From Monocercomonoides exilis PA203 (Eukaryota; Protista; Preaxostyla): a DNA stretch of 64,000 nucleotides. Position 1 is the stretch's first letter, and every line of letters starts with the position of its first letter. The stretch is from contig LSRY02000051.1 in NCBI GenBank assembly GCA_001643675.2, positions 558,001-622,000 on the forward strand. The letters are read 5' to 3'. A program made the position numbers and the translations under genes. This document shows, one piece after another, positions 1 to 13,645 of the stretch. The notes beneath the pieces were generated by a model, which worked only from the letters and a program-made list of their open reading frames with translations, had not been told where the DNA came from and made no database searches.

Positions 1-329
1 TGCATTTTTCATTTCATATAACCTCACTTCATTTTTTTTTAAATTTTTTATAATTATCACTTTTTTAAAAAGTTGAAAATGAATGTTTCCCAATTTTCGA
101 CATTTGCCAATTTTTCTAAGTGGAAAAGTTAATTTTGCTTATCTGTGTATATGTGTTATGAGTTTGTTAACGTGCTGGCTGATTCCTTTCGAAAACAGCC
201 ATTTGAAGTGAGAGAGAAAAACATAAAATCTAATGTGCCGAACAGCAAAAATCTGAAAATAGATAAAAAGAAACAAATGACACATTTGACGTGAATGCAT
301 TGGATCTCACATCAACTATTCTCAGTTGT

Positions 330-3300
330 TCAATTTCTTGATACAATTGACGAATAACCAGTGGTGGATTGGTCATTGCCTTCTCTTGATTCCTCCAAGT
401 CTATTGCATCAGACATTGTGAGCACAGCAGCTCCTGGAGGGAAAAGTTGAATGAACTCTCTTTTGAAATGTGTCAAAGTCGGTCTATCTTCTCCGTTTTG
501 TGCAAAACAAGCTTGTATTAACTGAAGAAGTTTTGATTCTTCAGCCTTTCTGAAATTCGGTCTTTCTCCGTTCACTATTTTCTGCCCTGCCACCACACCC
601 TCATACTCCCCAAACGGGATCTCCAGCGTCACACACTCCCACAGCATCATCCCAATCGAGAATGACACTGATTCCTTTGTTGCCCCCATCTTCTTGTTCA
701 TCAGCAGTTCTGGTGCCTTCCATCTCAGACACTCTTTTCTTATCTCGTCTTCGTCTTCAAAAGCAGATGAAGGAGGTGGTGAGTCTGTGAATCTCTCGCT
801 CATCACTGAAATATTGGACGATGAAGATACAACAGTTAATGAAGAGATCGATGAGGAATCTGAACTATCATCAGAAGAAAGGAAGTCTGAATGCATGACA
901 ATGCAGATCACCATGTGTTCAGAAAACAACACAATATGTGGACTCAGGCTGGCCAATGACTGAAGTGGGTTCTCCATTTCATCAAATGAGTGGAGAGCTC
1001 CATTCGCCACCCAGAACAGGATTTGGGCTGCTGTTTGTTCTCTCTCCTGAAGAGTGCCTATTGCCATCTCTTTTGTCTTATTCCTTCCATGCAACAACAT
1101 GAACAGAGAATCCCTCAAGTCCACAATCAGCTTTTCATGAGGGCGAGGAACAGGCCATTGCATCCACCAGATTCGACATCGACGAGGTGGTTGGACACAG
1201 ACTCTCCGATCGAACAAAAGTTGAATCTGTGTCTGAAGTGTCTGTTGTTGAAGTGGATGAAATGGAAGGTGATGGAGTCTGCTTTCTTATTTCCTCTTCC
1301 TCAACCTTCTCCAATGCCCACTGAGGAATCTTGTCTGAACCCTTTCCCAAAATATATTCAGTGGAGCCACTCTCGCTCAACAAATGCTCTGATGACTCAG
1401 AATGTCCCAGACTTTTTGTATACACCCTCTTCTTGATCCTCTCTTCGTTCTTCTTCTCTGCCTCCCTCTCTGCTCTCCTCCACTGTTCCTCAGGCGACAT
1501 CTCCATTGTTACCATCTCAAACGCTTTCGGATCCTTTTTGATATTGTCTTCCACAATCACTTCCAGCTCTTCTGTTCTTCTCTTTTGCTTTCTCCAGCGA
1601 ACAGTCAAAACAACAATAATTGCCAGCAACACAATGAAAACTGCAGAGGCAATTACAATAATAACCCACCACGACTTCTTCTCATTTCCACCTTCAACGA
1701 TCCTTTCATCTCCTTTTGCCTTTTGTCTCACTTCTATTCTTCAGAATGAATGACTGGGTTGATGAAGGAGAATCGGCATTCCCAAACAGAAGACATACAC
1801 TCACCTCTTCTGATTCTTCTTCTGCTTCTGCCTCGGGCTCAATCTCTGAGGATGAAACGGCACACCAGGCCTCGTGCTCATCCACAAACCCATCCTCCCC
1901 AAACTCATGCCTCTCAATGTGCTGCTCAGAGCGGAGTGAGCGCACCAGCTGGCAGGAGAGGTTGCAGGGGAGCAAGAGCTCACCCACAAACCTGAGCTTG
2001 GCCTGTGTGCCTTCCACTTCCATCTGCACCTCGCGCAGCTCAGGGACAAACAAAGCCGATGGTCGATCTGAGGCCAAACCCTTCAGAGTGCACCCCTCGT
2101 TCAGAATCCACAGCGATGAATTGTCTTTCCACCCGTCGCCTCCCTTCAGACTCACCACATCCACCACAGCAGTGCCTGTGCAAACAACATTTCTTCGAGC
2201 CGATGGATATTGCGGAAGAGAAGGCGTGTTGTTCACAAACATTCCCATGGTGATGTCAACATTCCCACGATCAATTGATATGCCCCCTTCTGCAGAGTTT
2301 GTGATGATTGTGTCCTTCAAATGGCTAGTGCTGTTGAAAAGATAAATCAACGATCCATTCCAATGGCATGCATCTTCAATTGCTGAATAATCGATGATAT
2401 TGGTATCATTTTGATATCCTTCAAAAACGAAGATTCGATGGAAACATTATTGGACATATCAATTATCTGTGCATTTGTGGAAGATGATGTCTGATTAACA
2501 AATGAACAGTTTGATATTCGACAGAGAGTTGGAATGGAAGAAGATGATGACAACAAGCATGTGCCTGGTGTCATTCGTTTGATCCCAGAGACATTCGAGT
2601 GAATTATCATAATAGAACTTTCAAGATTCTCCTCGTTCATTTTCGAAATGCTTCGCTCTTTTATTGAAATTAGAGAACTGTTTTTAACAGTGATATCTGA
2701 TGTGTTTATTTCTTTAATGATGAGATTTGAGCCTTCACAAGCATCGATCAGTGAGCTTCCAAATGCCAATCCGCCAAACTCAACGGCTTGCAGCTGAGCA
2801 AAACAAGAACTCCTCAGCTCAAACAACGGCCTTGAAGTGATCATGTGTTTCACGCTTGTTCTGCTCATATCAAATGATCCTGAAGCAATTGAAAACAACG
2901 ATTGATTGATGCAAATGCTCTGATCAGTACTGGAGAATAAGCAGGATGCTACAACCAATGATCCATTCATTTGAATGAATATGCTTTTGCACGTTGAGAC
3001 AAATCCATGTTGAAATAAAAATGAAACACATTCAAATTTCACGGTCTCAGCACTTTCCAAAATACACTCTGATCTTTGCGATTTTGAAACCTCCGTTTTC
3101 AGATGCACAACAGCATGCGTTGCTGGATTCAGACTCTTAACTGTCACACTGTTTGCAGTGCAAGTTTGTGATATGTCACATTCTCGATCTATCAGAAGCT
3201 GACTGTATGCTGAAGATATAATATGAGACAACCCATAGCTCAAGGATTTGCATGGTGTTGTTGAGTTCCCACATGGCTTCACATCATTCCCCTCATCATT

Positions 3301-6300
3301 CACTCCACACACAAAAATCAGCTCGCTGCGATGCACAACAATAAGAGGAATGAGATCCACATCTTCAATTGGAAGTGTTTCATCCACACCCCAGATCGCA
3401 TTAAACCTGTCATACGGTGGCTCACGAAAGTCTAAATCAAATTGTTCTTCGCTGATTTGTTTGGAAATTGAAAAGCACTTCACAAACACGTCTCTTCCTA
3501 TCCTCGCCTTGTTGTTTGAAAACGTTATGTTTTTGAAATGGAATGGAATCATCTTGTTTTCCTGAGAAAGGCAATTCAAAAACACTCCACCTCCTTTTCC
3601 TGCAATGGCAGAGCATGAAGAAATCTTTGTATTGTATATCTCAAATCTTCCTCCCTCCTCCATCTTCACATGCAACGCTCCTCCGCAATCACTAGTATCA
3701 GCTGCGCACACAGTAAATGATGAATTTGATAGCATAGCATTTGCATCATTGACCATAGTTGTTATCAAAATACAGGCGCTGTTGATGCTTTGGGTTACAC
3801 TTCCAAATAAACAATGTTCAATCGTCAATGTCCCACCAGTTGAATCCGAAGACTGATAAAATTCAATAAAAGGCTTTGATATTTGAAGTATTTCAAATGA
3901 GCATGAATAAAGATTCAAATCTCCATTTTTGACTGACAAAAGAATGAAGGACAATATTCCCTCGCTTTGGAGATTGAATGAACATTCAGAAATGCTCAAG
4001 CACGATTCACTGTCCAATGTTTCCATAAGAGCTTTCTGCAAATTGGTGAAAATTGGCGGCAACGAAAAGTTGATTGATGAAAATGATACAAGGCTTGCAG
4101 ATATTGCAACTCCAACAGAATTAGCCAATGTTTTATTCACAACCAATCTTGATGATGAGTTTTCCTGCTCTGATTTAACAGTGACATTGTCCATCAGCAC
4201 TTCTTCAAGAAGTGAGCTTCCCCCTGATATGAGAATATTTTTTGTTCCCTCACCCTGTATTCTGTTCAATCCAAAGTTCAACGAATTACATGGAAAGTTT
4301 GGCTTTCCACAGGCGATACTATTTATTCCTCTTTCCCCATCGACGTGAATAGTTTCATTGAAATATCCTGAAATGAAAATAAAAAGATCTTCAGCTTTGG
4401 CAAAATGAGTCCTATCAAAACCCATCAGTGAATTTGCTCGTTTGGAATGTTCAATATCCATGGCAAAGCTGAATGAGGTTGAATTGACCAATTCTGTGAG
4501 ATCGCTGCAAACAATGAACATGTCTTTACCAATCGCTGCCATGTTATTGGTAAAATGCAAATCCTCAAATTTTATCATATTTGCATTGTCCACACAGTTT
4601 AGAAAAAGGAACCCACCTCTTCCCGATGCATCACTTTCACATTCGCATCTGCTTGTTTCTGTTTTGTTTACTGTGAGTGCACCTTTCTCTTGAATGGATA
4701 TTCCCACAGCTCCTCCATCATTACTGTCTTTTGATGAAATAGTCATTAATGAGCTCTGATCAATTAAAACTGGAGCATTGATTATTGATGATAAAATGCA
4801 AGCCATATTTGAACTGGAAGAGGTTATTCCTTCAAAGGAACAGGAACTCAATGTTAGTGATTGAACTTCCTCATTTCTGCTTATGCGTTTGTCGCTTGGC
4901 TCTTCAGAAACAATTGAGACTAATGGGCAACTTGTGAGTTCCACAGAGGAAATAGTGAGCATTCCAAGAACGACAAGTGCTTTGCTTGAAACAATCACAG
5001 GGCTTGAATTAAAAGCCATCTGAGATACTGTGCATTGTTCGACTCGAAGAGTTCCTCCAAGAACAAGAAGAAGAGAAAATGTGATGGAATCCTTGGTTTT
5101 GTTTTCAAATGAGCACTTCTTCAAAACAAGGTTCGAGTTTTCCTTGTCTGAGGAAGAAATTAGAGAAGATATCGAGATTATAAAACTTGATGGAATGTTG
5201 AAGCAGATTCTGTCAAACTCCAAATTATTCTCATTCAACAGCATCACATCTGAACTTCCTGTCTCCACAATGGACTGAAATTCCAATTTCGCTGTTTCTT
5301 CGCCCTGTTTCGAGCGTATCATCAAACAAGACAAAATGAACTGGTCTTGAATAACAGTCGATCCATCAATCCTCAATTCCTTTTTTTCGTTTGTGGCATC
5401 AATTGCCAAGTTTTTGAATCCTCTCCAAAACGAATTGCAGGGAAATACATCATCTCCACATCCAGAATAATCCTTTCCAGACTGACTTATTTCGATTTCT
5501 AACGATTGCCTGTGCAAGAAAAAATAGGACAGATTCACTGGAGCATCTAGAAATACTGTGCTGTCAATCCCAAAGAAATCCAAATTGTCGCCATCATCGT
5601 TTTTAATATTCACAATCCGACTTGTTGTCACTGATCCATTCAAGTCAACACATTGAACAAACATATCTTTTCCCCATTTTGCATCATTTCCTGACACATT
5701 CACAGAATCTAATTGATAATTACTTGTTGAATTTTCGCACAGAACCAAATAGATTCCCCCGCCCTTTTCATTTGTTGTTCCCACCTTGCATTGCTTCAAC
5801 GACACATTTTTTACGATATATTCTGCATCATCCACCAATATCACTTCCATAGCACCCCCATTCCCGGACTGCCGAGTCATTGTTGAGATGCACGTATCAT
5901 TCACAACAAGATTTCCACATTGCTTTGTGATGAATGCATTCAAAGACTGGCAGCCCTCAATATGGCACAAATCAAGTGTCACTTTGCCATTCTCTGAACT
6001 TATAAGAGGCTTTGAAAAGGACTGTTCTACAGATGAAGTTTCGCAAGTTATTTGGCAAGAAGAAAGAACAAGAAGCCCAGAACTTTCGCTCATCAGAAAC
6101 AGCGATGAACTTCTGCAGTGTTCATTCGAACCATCGTGAATAAACTTCATTTCCGATGCTTGAAGTTTTCCAGAACTTATTCTGAAAAGTGCTTCTTCTC
6201 CACTTTTCATCTCTGACTTTATGCTTGTCATCGATGCTCCAGATCCGCTTCCAATAACATTTGAAGATCCAATATCAATTTGGCCTGAAGGAAACAGTCC

Positions 6301-7989
6301 TTCTTTTATCTCAAAACTCATCGATTCTATCTTGGCTCTTTCTATTCCTTTTTTCATTGTCAGACAATTGAATTCGTCAAAGTCACTTCGCCCACAATTA
6401 TCCCAATCGTAGCCATTTGTTGTAATCATAATCTTATTCTGGCTGTTTGGCGGATCGATCACATAATGTGAGGTCTCCTCTGCAGTTGCCCAGGCAAATA
6501 TCGTTCTGGGTTGATTGCTTGTGGAAAACAACCTTGATGCAACAAGATTCAATTTTCCAGTCCATGTTTCATGTGCATAAATATCATTTCCTTCATTTGC
6601 TGTATTGTTTATGAAAATGCAATCAGATAGTGTTGCAGTGATACTGTAAACTTGACTGTGATCAAATCTGATTGCCCCTGCATTTGTTTTGGCGCTATTT
6701 GACTTGAAAAAGCAAGAAACAACTGAAAAATCATGCTCCATAGCGAAGCAGTTTAAAGCACCTGTATATCTGGATTCAACTTTATTGAATTGAAAATTAC
6801 ATTCTGTGATGAAGCAAGTCAAGCATCTACTAATCTCACCAGCTCCAAGACAATCCTCTGTGTGGCAAAAAGAAAAATTATTCAAACTCATGACAAGTTC
6901 ACCTGTATTTCTTGAATCAAAGGCTCCGCTTGCAAACTTTGCGAAATTATTCTGAAATGTGTTATTTTGGCAACTCCACTCTCCTGATCCTTCATTTCGA
7001 ACTGCAGCTGCTCTGGAACCAGACTTGGTGAGAGAACAGTTTTCAAACAAACATCTTGCAGTTGTGAGAGATGCATCCCCTGTCAGACAAATTGCTCCAC
7101 CATTTAGTATTTCTGCACTTTTGAACGAAAAAGATGTGTCATTGAACTCCTTGAATCCTGTGCTGAAATTCGTTCTGGTTGTAACTGCCTCACAGCTCAA
7201 AAATGACGAATTGCAGCAGATGAATACACTTGTTGCTCCATCAACGATACACCCCAGATATGGATTCTGAACAGAAATGCAATTCACTGAATCCATTACA
7301 CATCTCTTATCTGGATTCATATAAGAAAAAGGCAGGCAAGTTTTCACGTTGACTTTTTTCTGTGAAACATTAAAAAAGGAGCATTCGCTGATTGTGATGG
7401 AAGTCAAGGGTGACAGTTGAACAAACGGTGTTGGTCCTTGAACAAAGGATAAGAATTCTGAATCACGCACCTCTGCATTAATATCATCAATCCAGTTTAA
7501 ATTTTTCATAGGTACTTCAACAAGGCTTGACATTGTCTTCACATTCTTTGAAAAGTGAAGCGAAATATTCCAAAACGAAAGCGAACCACAACCTCCAAAG
7601 AACAAACCATCCTTTTCGCTTCCTGCAAACTTTAGCAAGCATGAACATATTTGAAGCGAAGAGTTGAACTTTGAAGAAACCAAATAGCAGCCCTCTTTCT
7701 GCAGAAGCACAAGTTGTCGAATGCAAATTGATGTGTTTGAAGTTATTAATTCGGCTTTGAGAAGACTCTTCAAATCGTTTTTTGACTCTGTATTTTCAGA
7801 TATTGCAAATTGCGCGTCTTGAAAAGATGGATTTATATTTGATGTTGGAATTCGAAATGAACAATCGGGATGCATCTCTCTGATATGACTATGCAAAAAG
7901 TTCTCTTCTCCACAAGAAAATTGATGAATTGCAATTATGAACAATTGAACCGTGGAAATCAAAAATGTTGATGCACTGAGCATTTGCAT
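330..7989 (-). pseudogene. Giant single-pass receptor-like protein (beta-helix/pectin-lyase-like ectodomain, TM helix, degenerate TKL-like kinase C-lobe), split by three 1-nt frameshifts (pseudogene or assembly errors)
   Basis: ORFs 2347-7989, 1706-2350, 1135-1731 and 330-1217 join into one protein collinear with the intact paralog at 46312-55356. Frameshifts lie in an A5 run (2423-2427), a T4 run (1721-1724) and a G3 run (1141-1143). TM segment WWVIIVIASAVFIVLLAIIVVLTV; LRWKAPELL and FSIGMMLWEC kinase-like motifs. Confidence 0.85.
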
Positions 7990-9752
7990 CAGTAGAAAAA
8001 GAAAACTGAAATTCTTCTTCTGAACCCTTAATAAAAAAACAAGAAGTGAACATTTTTAGCCCATAACTTTGGATTCGTTAATGGAAAAACATGATTCTTG
8101 TTCTTTCCAATCAGGAAATGCTGCAGCCACACCATTCTGAATATTATGAAAATCGTTGAATCTTCAGAAAAATCAATCAATATTCATAAATGGAGAACAA
8201 GAATAATTCAAGCCTTTCAAAAAATTTTTTTGGAAAAATCACATAACAAAAATGTGCTTGTAAACAACCGCATATGAATAAATCAACTGTCATTGAAAAC
8301 GAAAGAATGATGAAAATGCATGAATTAATGGTTGAAAATTGTGTGAAATAAAGAACAAATATAACTTTTTCAAAACGTGTGAATTTTATGAGACAAACGA
8401 TCTTTCACATTATTTCATCAAGATTTTTGTTCAAAAGCTCGCATATGAAACGAAGGAAAGAAAAGAACGAAGATCTGTTGCATCTTGGAGAAAATCTGTT
8501 TCTGAAATTTTTCTAATTTTCTCCACTTTTTTCCTCTTTTATTGATGTTTTGCCTTTTAACTTTTTGATCCATTTTCCGTAAAATTCTGAAAAGGATGAA
8601 AAAAAGTTAATATTTTTCCATTGATGATTCGTTTGACCAACTGATGCAAATATCATTTGAAGGAAAGGTCCACTAACTATTCATTATGATGGTAAATTTT
8701 GAAGCAAAGAACATGTTGATCGATTGGCTTATTGTTCAAAACACTCATTTGATAAAATTTATCAAATAAATATGTTGTTGATGATGTATTTTCTTCCCGC
8801 ATCCAAAAAGACACTTGATATTAAAATTTCCACAAATGTTTTTGGGCAACGTTTCCAAAACAAAATTTCAAAAGAGTGATTTCTTTTTTATAAGTGTTGA
8901 AAATAAACACCTTGAATTTTTCTTCATTTGTTCTTTAAACGATAGTGTGAGGTAAAGGATATCTATAATTTCAAAAAGATTTAGTAGTGCCTTCATGAAA
9001 TAGGAAAAAATGCAAAACTGAAGTAATCAAAGTAATATCAGATGAATTTTCACAAATGTTCTCCATATTACATGCAAAAATTTCAATTACTTCCCTGACA
9101 TTAACGTCAATTTTCAATTCTCTTTCTGCTTTGCAATGTGTAATCGTCATAAAAGCAAATACCAAGAAAGCATTGTTTTATTATATAAAAGCCTTTCTCC
9201 CGAAAAATCATAGTTTTTTAATAATGAATAAATAATAAAGGTTTAATCGTTTTTTTTTATATATTCATTGAATATTTTTGGAAGTGATGAAAATTTAAAT
9301 TTCTTCGAATTTGAAATTGGCCAAATGCTCTTTTCATTTAGAAAGTTGTCTTTCAACTTTTAAAATTGAAAATGAATTTTCTCATCAATTTGCATTTATC
9401 TCTTTTATTTTCGATTTAAAATTTTTCGATTACAAACTTTTCGATGGATAAATAAAGTGAACAAATCAATGAGCAAAACGCAATATGATAGTTGAGAAGG
9501 TAACGCATATTCTTTTGCATCAGCACAATACTTTTTAAATGCTATTAATACAAATAAGAGAGTGCGTCAAAAAGAAAGGGATAAAAGGAAGAAATACTTT
9601 TTCATAAAACAAAAACTTAAAATCTAATTCATAAAGTGCATAAACAAACATGAATTTTAACGAAACATAAAGAAAAGAAAGACAATAGATCTGCTACAAA
9701 ATAGACAAAAAAATGAAGAAAATCAAGTTCTTCTCCTGTTTCATCTTCAGCT

Positions 9753-12564
9753 TCATAGCATTTGAGTTAAAAGATGAATCGTTTTCTCAAGATTTCCGCG
9801 CGACTGATGCAGAGCATAAATAGCTTCTCGCTTTCCAAATCCCATTTCTGTCAGCGTTTCCACAAACGGGGAAGACTGATACGGCGACGACGATACAGAA
9901 AATGAGCTGGATGCGTCTTTCAAGCTTGAATTGGCTAGCAGCGAAGTTGCCGTGCGGATGTGAGGCGGAGAAGGCGATGGCGGCACAAGAGGACTCGGAG
10001 CAGGCGAAAGAAGAGGCGATGCCTCAGGATCAGACCGGTTGTGATGGCGGTGGTGGTGGCGGTCTGAGCGAGGATCGTCTTTCGGAGGAGAGGCAGAGAC
10101 AGGCGAAGCTGCATGCGTCGGGCCGTGATAAGAAGAAGGGCGAAGTGCAGAGGAGTGAGAGTGTGTGTGATGTGGGCGTGAATGCGAATGTGAATGTGAA
10201 TGTGCATCTCCAAGCAAGCGTGGCTTCAGTGCCCGAGGAACAGCTATTCGAGGGCTGCCTGCTGAGCCAGACAGATTCAGCTGCAGGAGCAGCCGGCGAT
10301 GGCCAGAGCCTGAATGGACGCCAAGGCGTGTGGATGGGTTGATTGGCGGGTACGGATTCTTTGCACGCTGCGGCTGGCTCGACGCCACGATATTCGGAGC
10401 TGTCTGTGGCTGAGCGTATGAAGAAGCAGACGGAAGGCGCTTTTTGTGCTGCGGATGAGAAACATCGCAGTTGTTGAGGTGGTCAGACATCACAGTGATG
10501 TCTGAGGCGATGGAAGGCGCCTGGCAGAGAGAGGAAGCATCAGAAGAGTCAGATGCAACAGAGGAGTTTTCGTTTCCTGCAGCTTGGCGCAGAGGAGAAG
10601 GCTGGGCAGGTGCAGCATTTTTGGGAGGATGGATCACAATGGCAGGAAATGAAGGGCTGGAAGGAGATTCAGTGGATGATTTGTCTTGAATGGAGAGTTC
10701 AACTGAAGGAGAAGCTGTTTGGGATGAAATGGATGAAGTGGATGAGGTGGAAGCAAAAGAGCTGGAAAGCAGTGGAGTTTGTGCTTCATCGTCTTGGTGA
10801 AATGTGCTGCCATTTTTAGTTGTTTTCTAAGAAAGAATCGATAAAAACGGAGGCAAAGTTGCGTTAAAAAGATCTTCCTGTGAAGATGCTGATGATTGTG
10901 TGTGTGAGACATCATCAAAATGCCTCAGCTCGTCTTCTGTGAGGAAATTGCACTTGTAAGGGCCTATAGTCATTGAATTGTCAATCAAATCGATTTTGCA
11001 CTTCGTCAGAAAAACAGACAAAGCAGAGTAAAAATATTTGAATTAAAAAATGAATTGTGAAAGTTCAATGATAAATGCAAATAATACAAGAGTTCTGCAA
11101 TTACAAACTCGAAATTTTCGCAAATTGTCTGCTCCAAGTGAGACATCAAATACGCCCCCTTCTAACACAAACATTGGAGTGGAGACAAGCATTCCTTCAA
11201 TCTGTTCGCGTAACATCATTGCAAAAACATATCATTTGGGATGATTATTGCAATAAAAAAATGATTAAACAATAAATATAAATTTGAGTCTCCAAAAGAA
11301 GAAGAAGAAGAAGAAGAAACCATCAAATCAACTGAATGAGATATAGCCCATGATGACCCCAGTTCCAACTCCAACAGCTGTGCCGTGGGTCGTCTGGTCA
11401 ATCACTTCTTCTAATCTGAAAATGAGTTATTTGAAGTGGGGGAGGATTATATTAATTGTATTGTTTATACGAGTATTGTGATAGAATATATAGCAATCGA
11501 ATATCGATAAATCAAAGATAAGCTTTTTCATTAAGTTAAAGAAAAGAGCATACCCGCATTTGATTGCACATTGCAGTGTGATAAACGTTCTTGCAGCTCC
11601 TGAGTCAACAAGGATAGCCACACGCACATCGTTGATAAAGCCTGCACAAAACAAACTTGTTTGAACATGAAAAGATTTCGATTATATTCAAAATAAGCAA
11701 ATAAAGAATCAATAGGAGATGTAGCATACATCTGGCAATAGCTAAAGTGCCTTCTTCCAATTTCCTTCAACTGCAAATTTCTTCTGAGCTTTTGAAAGCT
11801 CTTCTTTTGCATCTGGGGCATAAGGAAAAATTGTTACATATTTCTAAATCACAAAAATATTCATTTACATAAAATTTGCATAAGAGAAAAGCGTACTTCC
11901 TTGTGCTTATGAACAATATAGGCTTTCATCTCTGTTCGAAAACGCTCCAACAATATCTTGTTAACAAGCTCCAGACTCCCTGTTTCGATTGCATCAGCGA
12001 GAAGCGGTGTTTGAATCCTGAGTAAATCTCTTACTCGTTGATCCATACTGTAGCTCTGCATCAAAAGTTCTCCATCTTTCAGTTTTGGATATTTAATATC
12101 TGTTCCCACGGGTAAATCTGGAAGTCTATTAAATGTTGTTCCCGTTTGATGTGGCCTTTTCTCTTTAAAAGAAGACCAAGCGCTTTGATGTATACCATCG
12201 CTGTTGTGTTCAAATTAATATTAATGGAAAAAAAGTGCTTGATTCATACCGAAGAATGATTCTAAACTGCAATGGACGTGATAAATCCAATCCTCATCGA
12301 TGAGAATCAATTAATAATAAATCATGTTTTGTTTGCAGGATAAGATACAGTTTTAATTATTATAAACAAAATATTAAAAACACATAAAATACTTACCATT
12401 GAGAATGACATTGTCAACTAAAGATTTTCCTTTATGAACTAAAACAACATTTTCTCTATCAGTAAAAAGATCATCAGCAATCAATGTTCTCAACTCTCCA
12501 GCTGTCACCTCGAGTCGTAGCCTGTATAAAAGTTTTAATCCTGTCTCATTTATATGAGCTTCAT
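9753..12564 (-). CDS. DDI1: DNA-damage-inducible 1 (UBL - retroviral-type aspartyl protease - UBA), multi-exon, with several lesions (possible pseudogene or sequence errors)
   Basis: Protease motif ILVDSGAARTFIT, GTAVGVGTG flap, DVSLGADNL; C-terminal UBA (VETLTEMGFGKREAIYALHQSRGNLEKTIHLL); UBL-like first exon (VTAGELRTLIADDLF...LVHKGKSL). Start codon uncertain; in-frame TAGs at 11742-11744 and 10827-10829. Confidence 0.85.
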
Positions 12565-12775
12565 TTGAATACTCAACGATATCTCCAAATTCTCTTATTT
12601 ATTTTCTCACTTTTGTTTGCCTTTTTTTGGAAGTGGGTCGATCAGAAAAAAACTTAAATGCTTGGCTATAATTTAATACAAACAACAAATCACAAGAATG
12701 TTGATTAATAAATAAAAAATGATTTGAACAATAGTGAAATGAAAGATATGTGTTTTTGAATTGATATGAAATGAA

Positions 12776-13488
12776 TCACAAAAGCTTGAGAGCTTCAACT
12801 CGTTCTTGAAATAGCTTGCACATATCTGTAGCTATTGTGTCAAAAGGAGATAGCACATCTACGCTCTCGCTTGCGCTGCATTCAACAAATGAAAGCCCAT
12901 GAAGACGAGCAAATTCAGAAGCTTTGAGAGGATCGACAATTCCCACAGAACGCAAGTCAACTTTATTTCCAACAACCACTCCAGGAAGATTTCTTCCGGC
13001 TGCCTCTTCGACTTCTTTGTACCATTTTTGAAGCGATAGAAATGATTCTTCATTTGTAATATCATAAACATATAAAACTGCAGAAATGTTTGTCAACTTT
13101 CAAAAAAAGAAAATAAATAATGCATTAAGATGTATTGAAAAATTTTAAACATATTCTTTGCGAAGCGTGCTGAATAATTGCTGGCCTCCAACATCAGCAA
13201 TAAGAAATTCGACAGTTGTGTTGTAATCCTTTACAAAATATTGCTTAAATTCCAGGTCGCATCCAGGAGTCTGTTTTATTATGTTTGAATAATAAGAAGG
13301 AAAGACAAAACTGAATTTTTTTTTACAACATGGAAAATATATACCAATGTGTAAGCTGGGTTAAATCCAGAATCAGAACTGATGAATCGTTGTACAATAC
13401 TCGACTTTCCAACAGCTCCATCACCAACAACAGCAAGTTTGCATCGCAAAAGGCTTGTTGCTCCTACAGAGCCCTCTGAAGAACTCAT
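12776..13488 (-). CDS. IFT27: Intraflagellar transport small GTPase IFT27 / RABL4 (3 exons)
   Basis: LRCKLAVVGDGAVGKS P-loop, FNPAYTL/TPGCD, ADVGGQ, GNKVD, ECSA; no C-terminal prenylation Cys; two GT-AG introns keep the frame. Confidence 0.8.
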
Positions 13489-13645
13489 CGAACGGTCAAA
13501 TAAAAATATTATTCAAATTTTTGATCAATTTTCTTAAAATAAAAGCTTTCGCGTAGTTCGATTTAAAAAAATATATTTATTAATTGTTTCTTTAAAGCAT
13601 TTCTAAAGAGCCAAAAAATTTTTAAATAACAATCAAAAAATAAAA

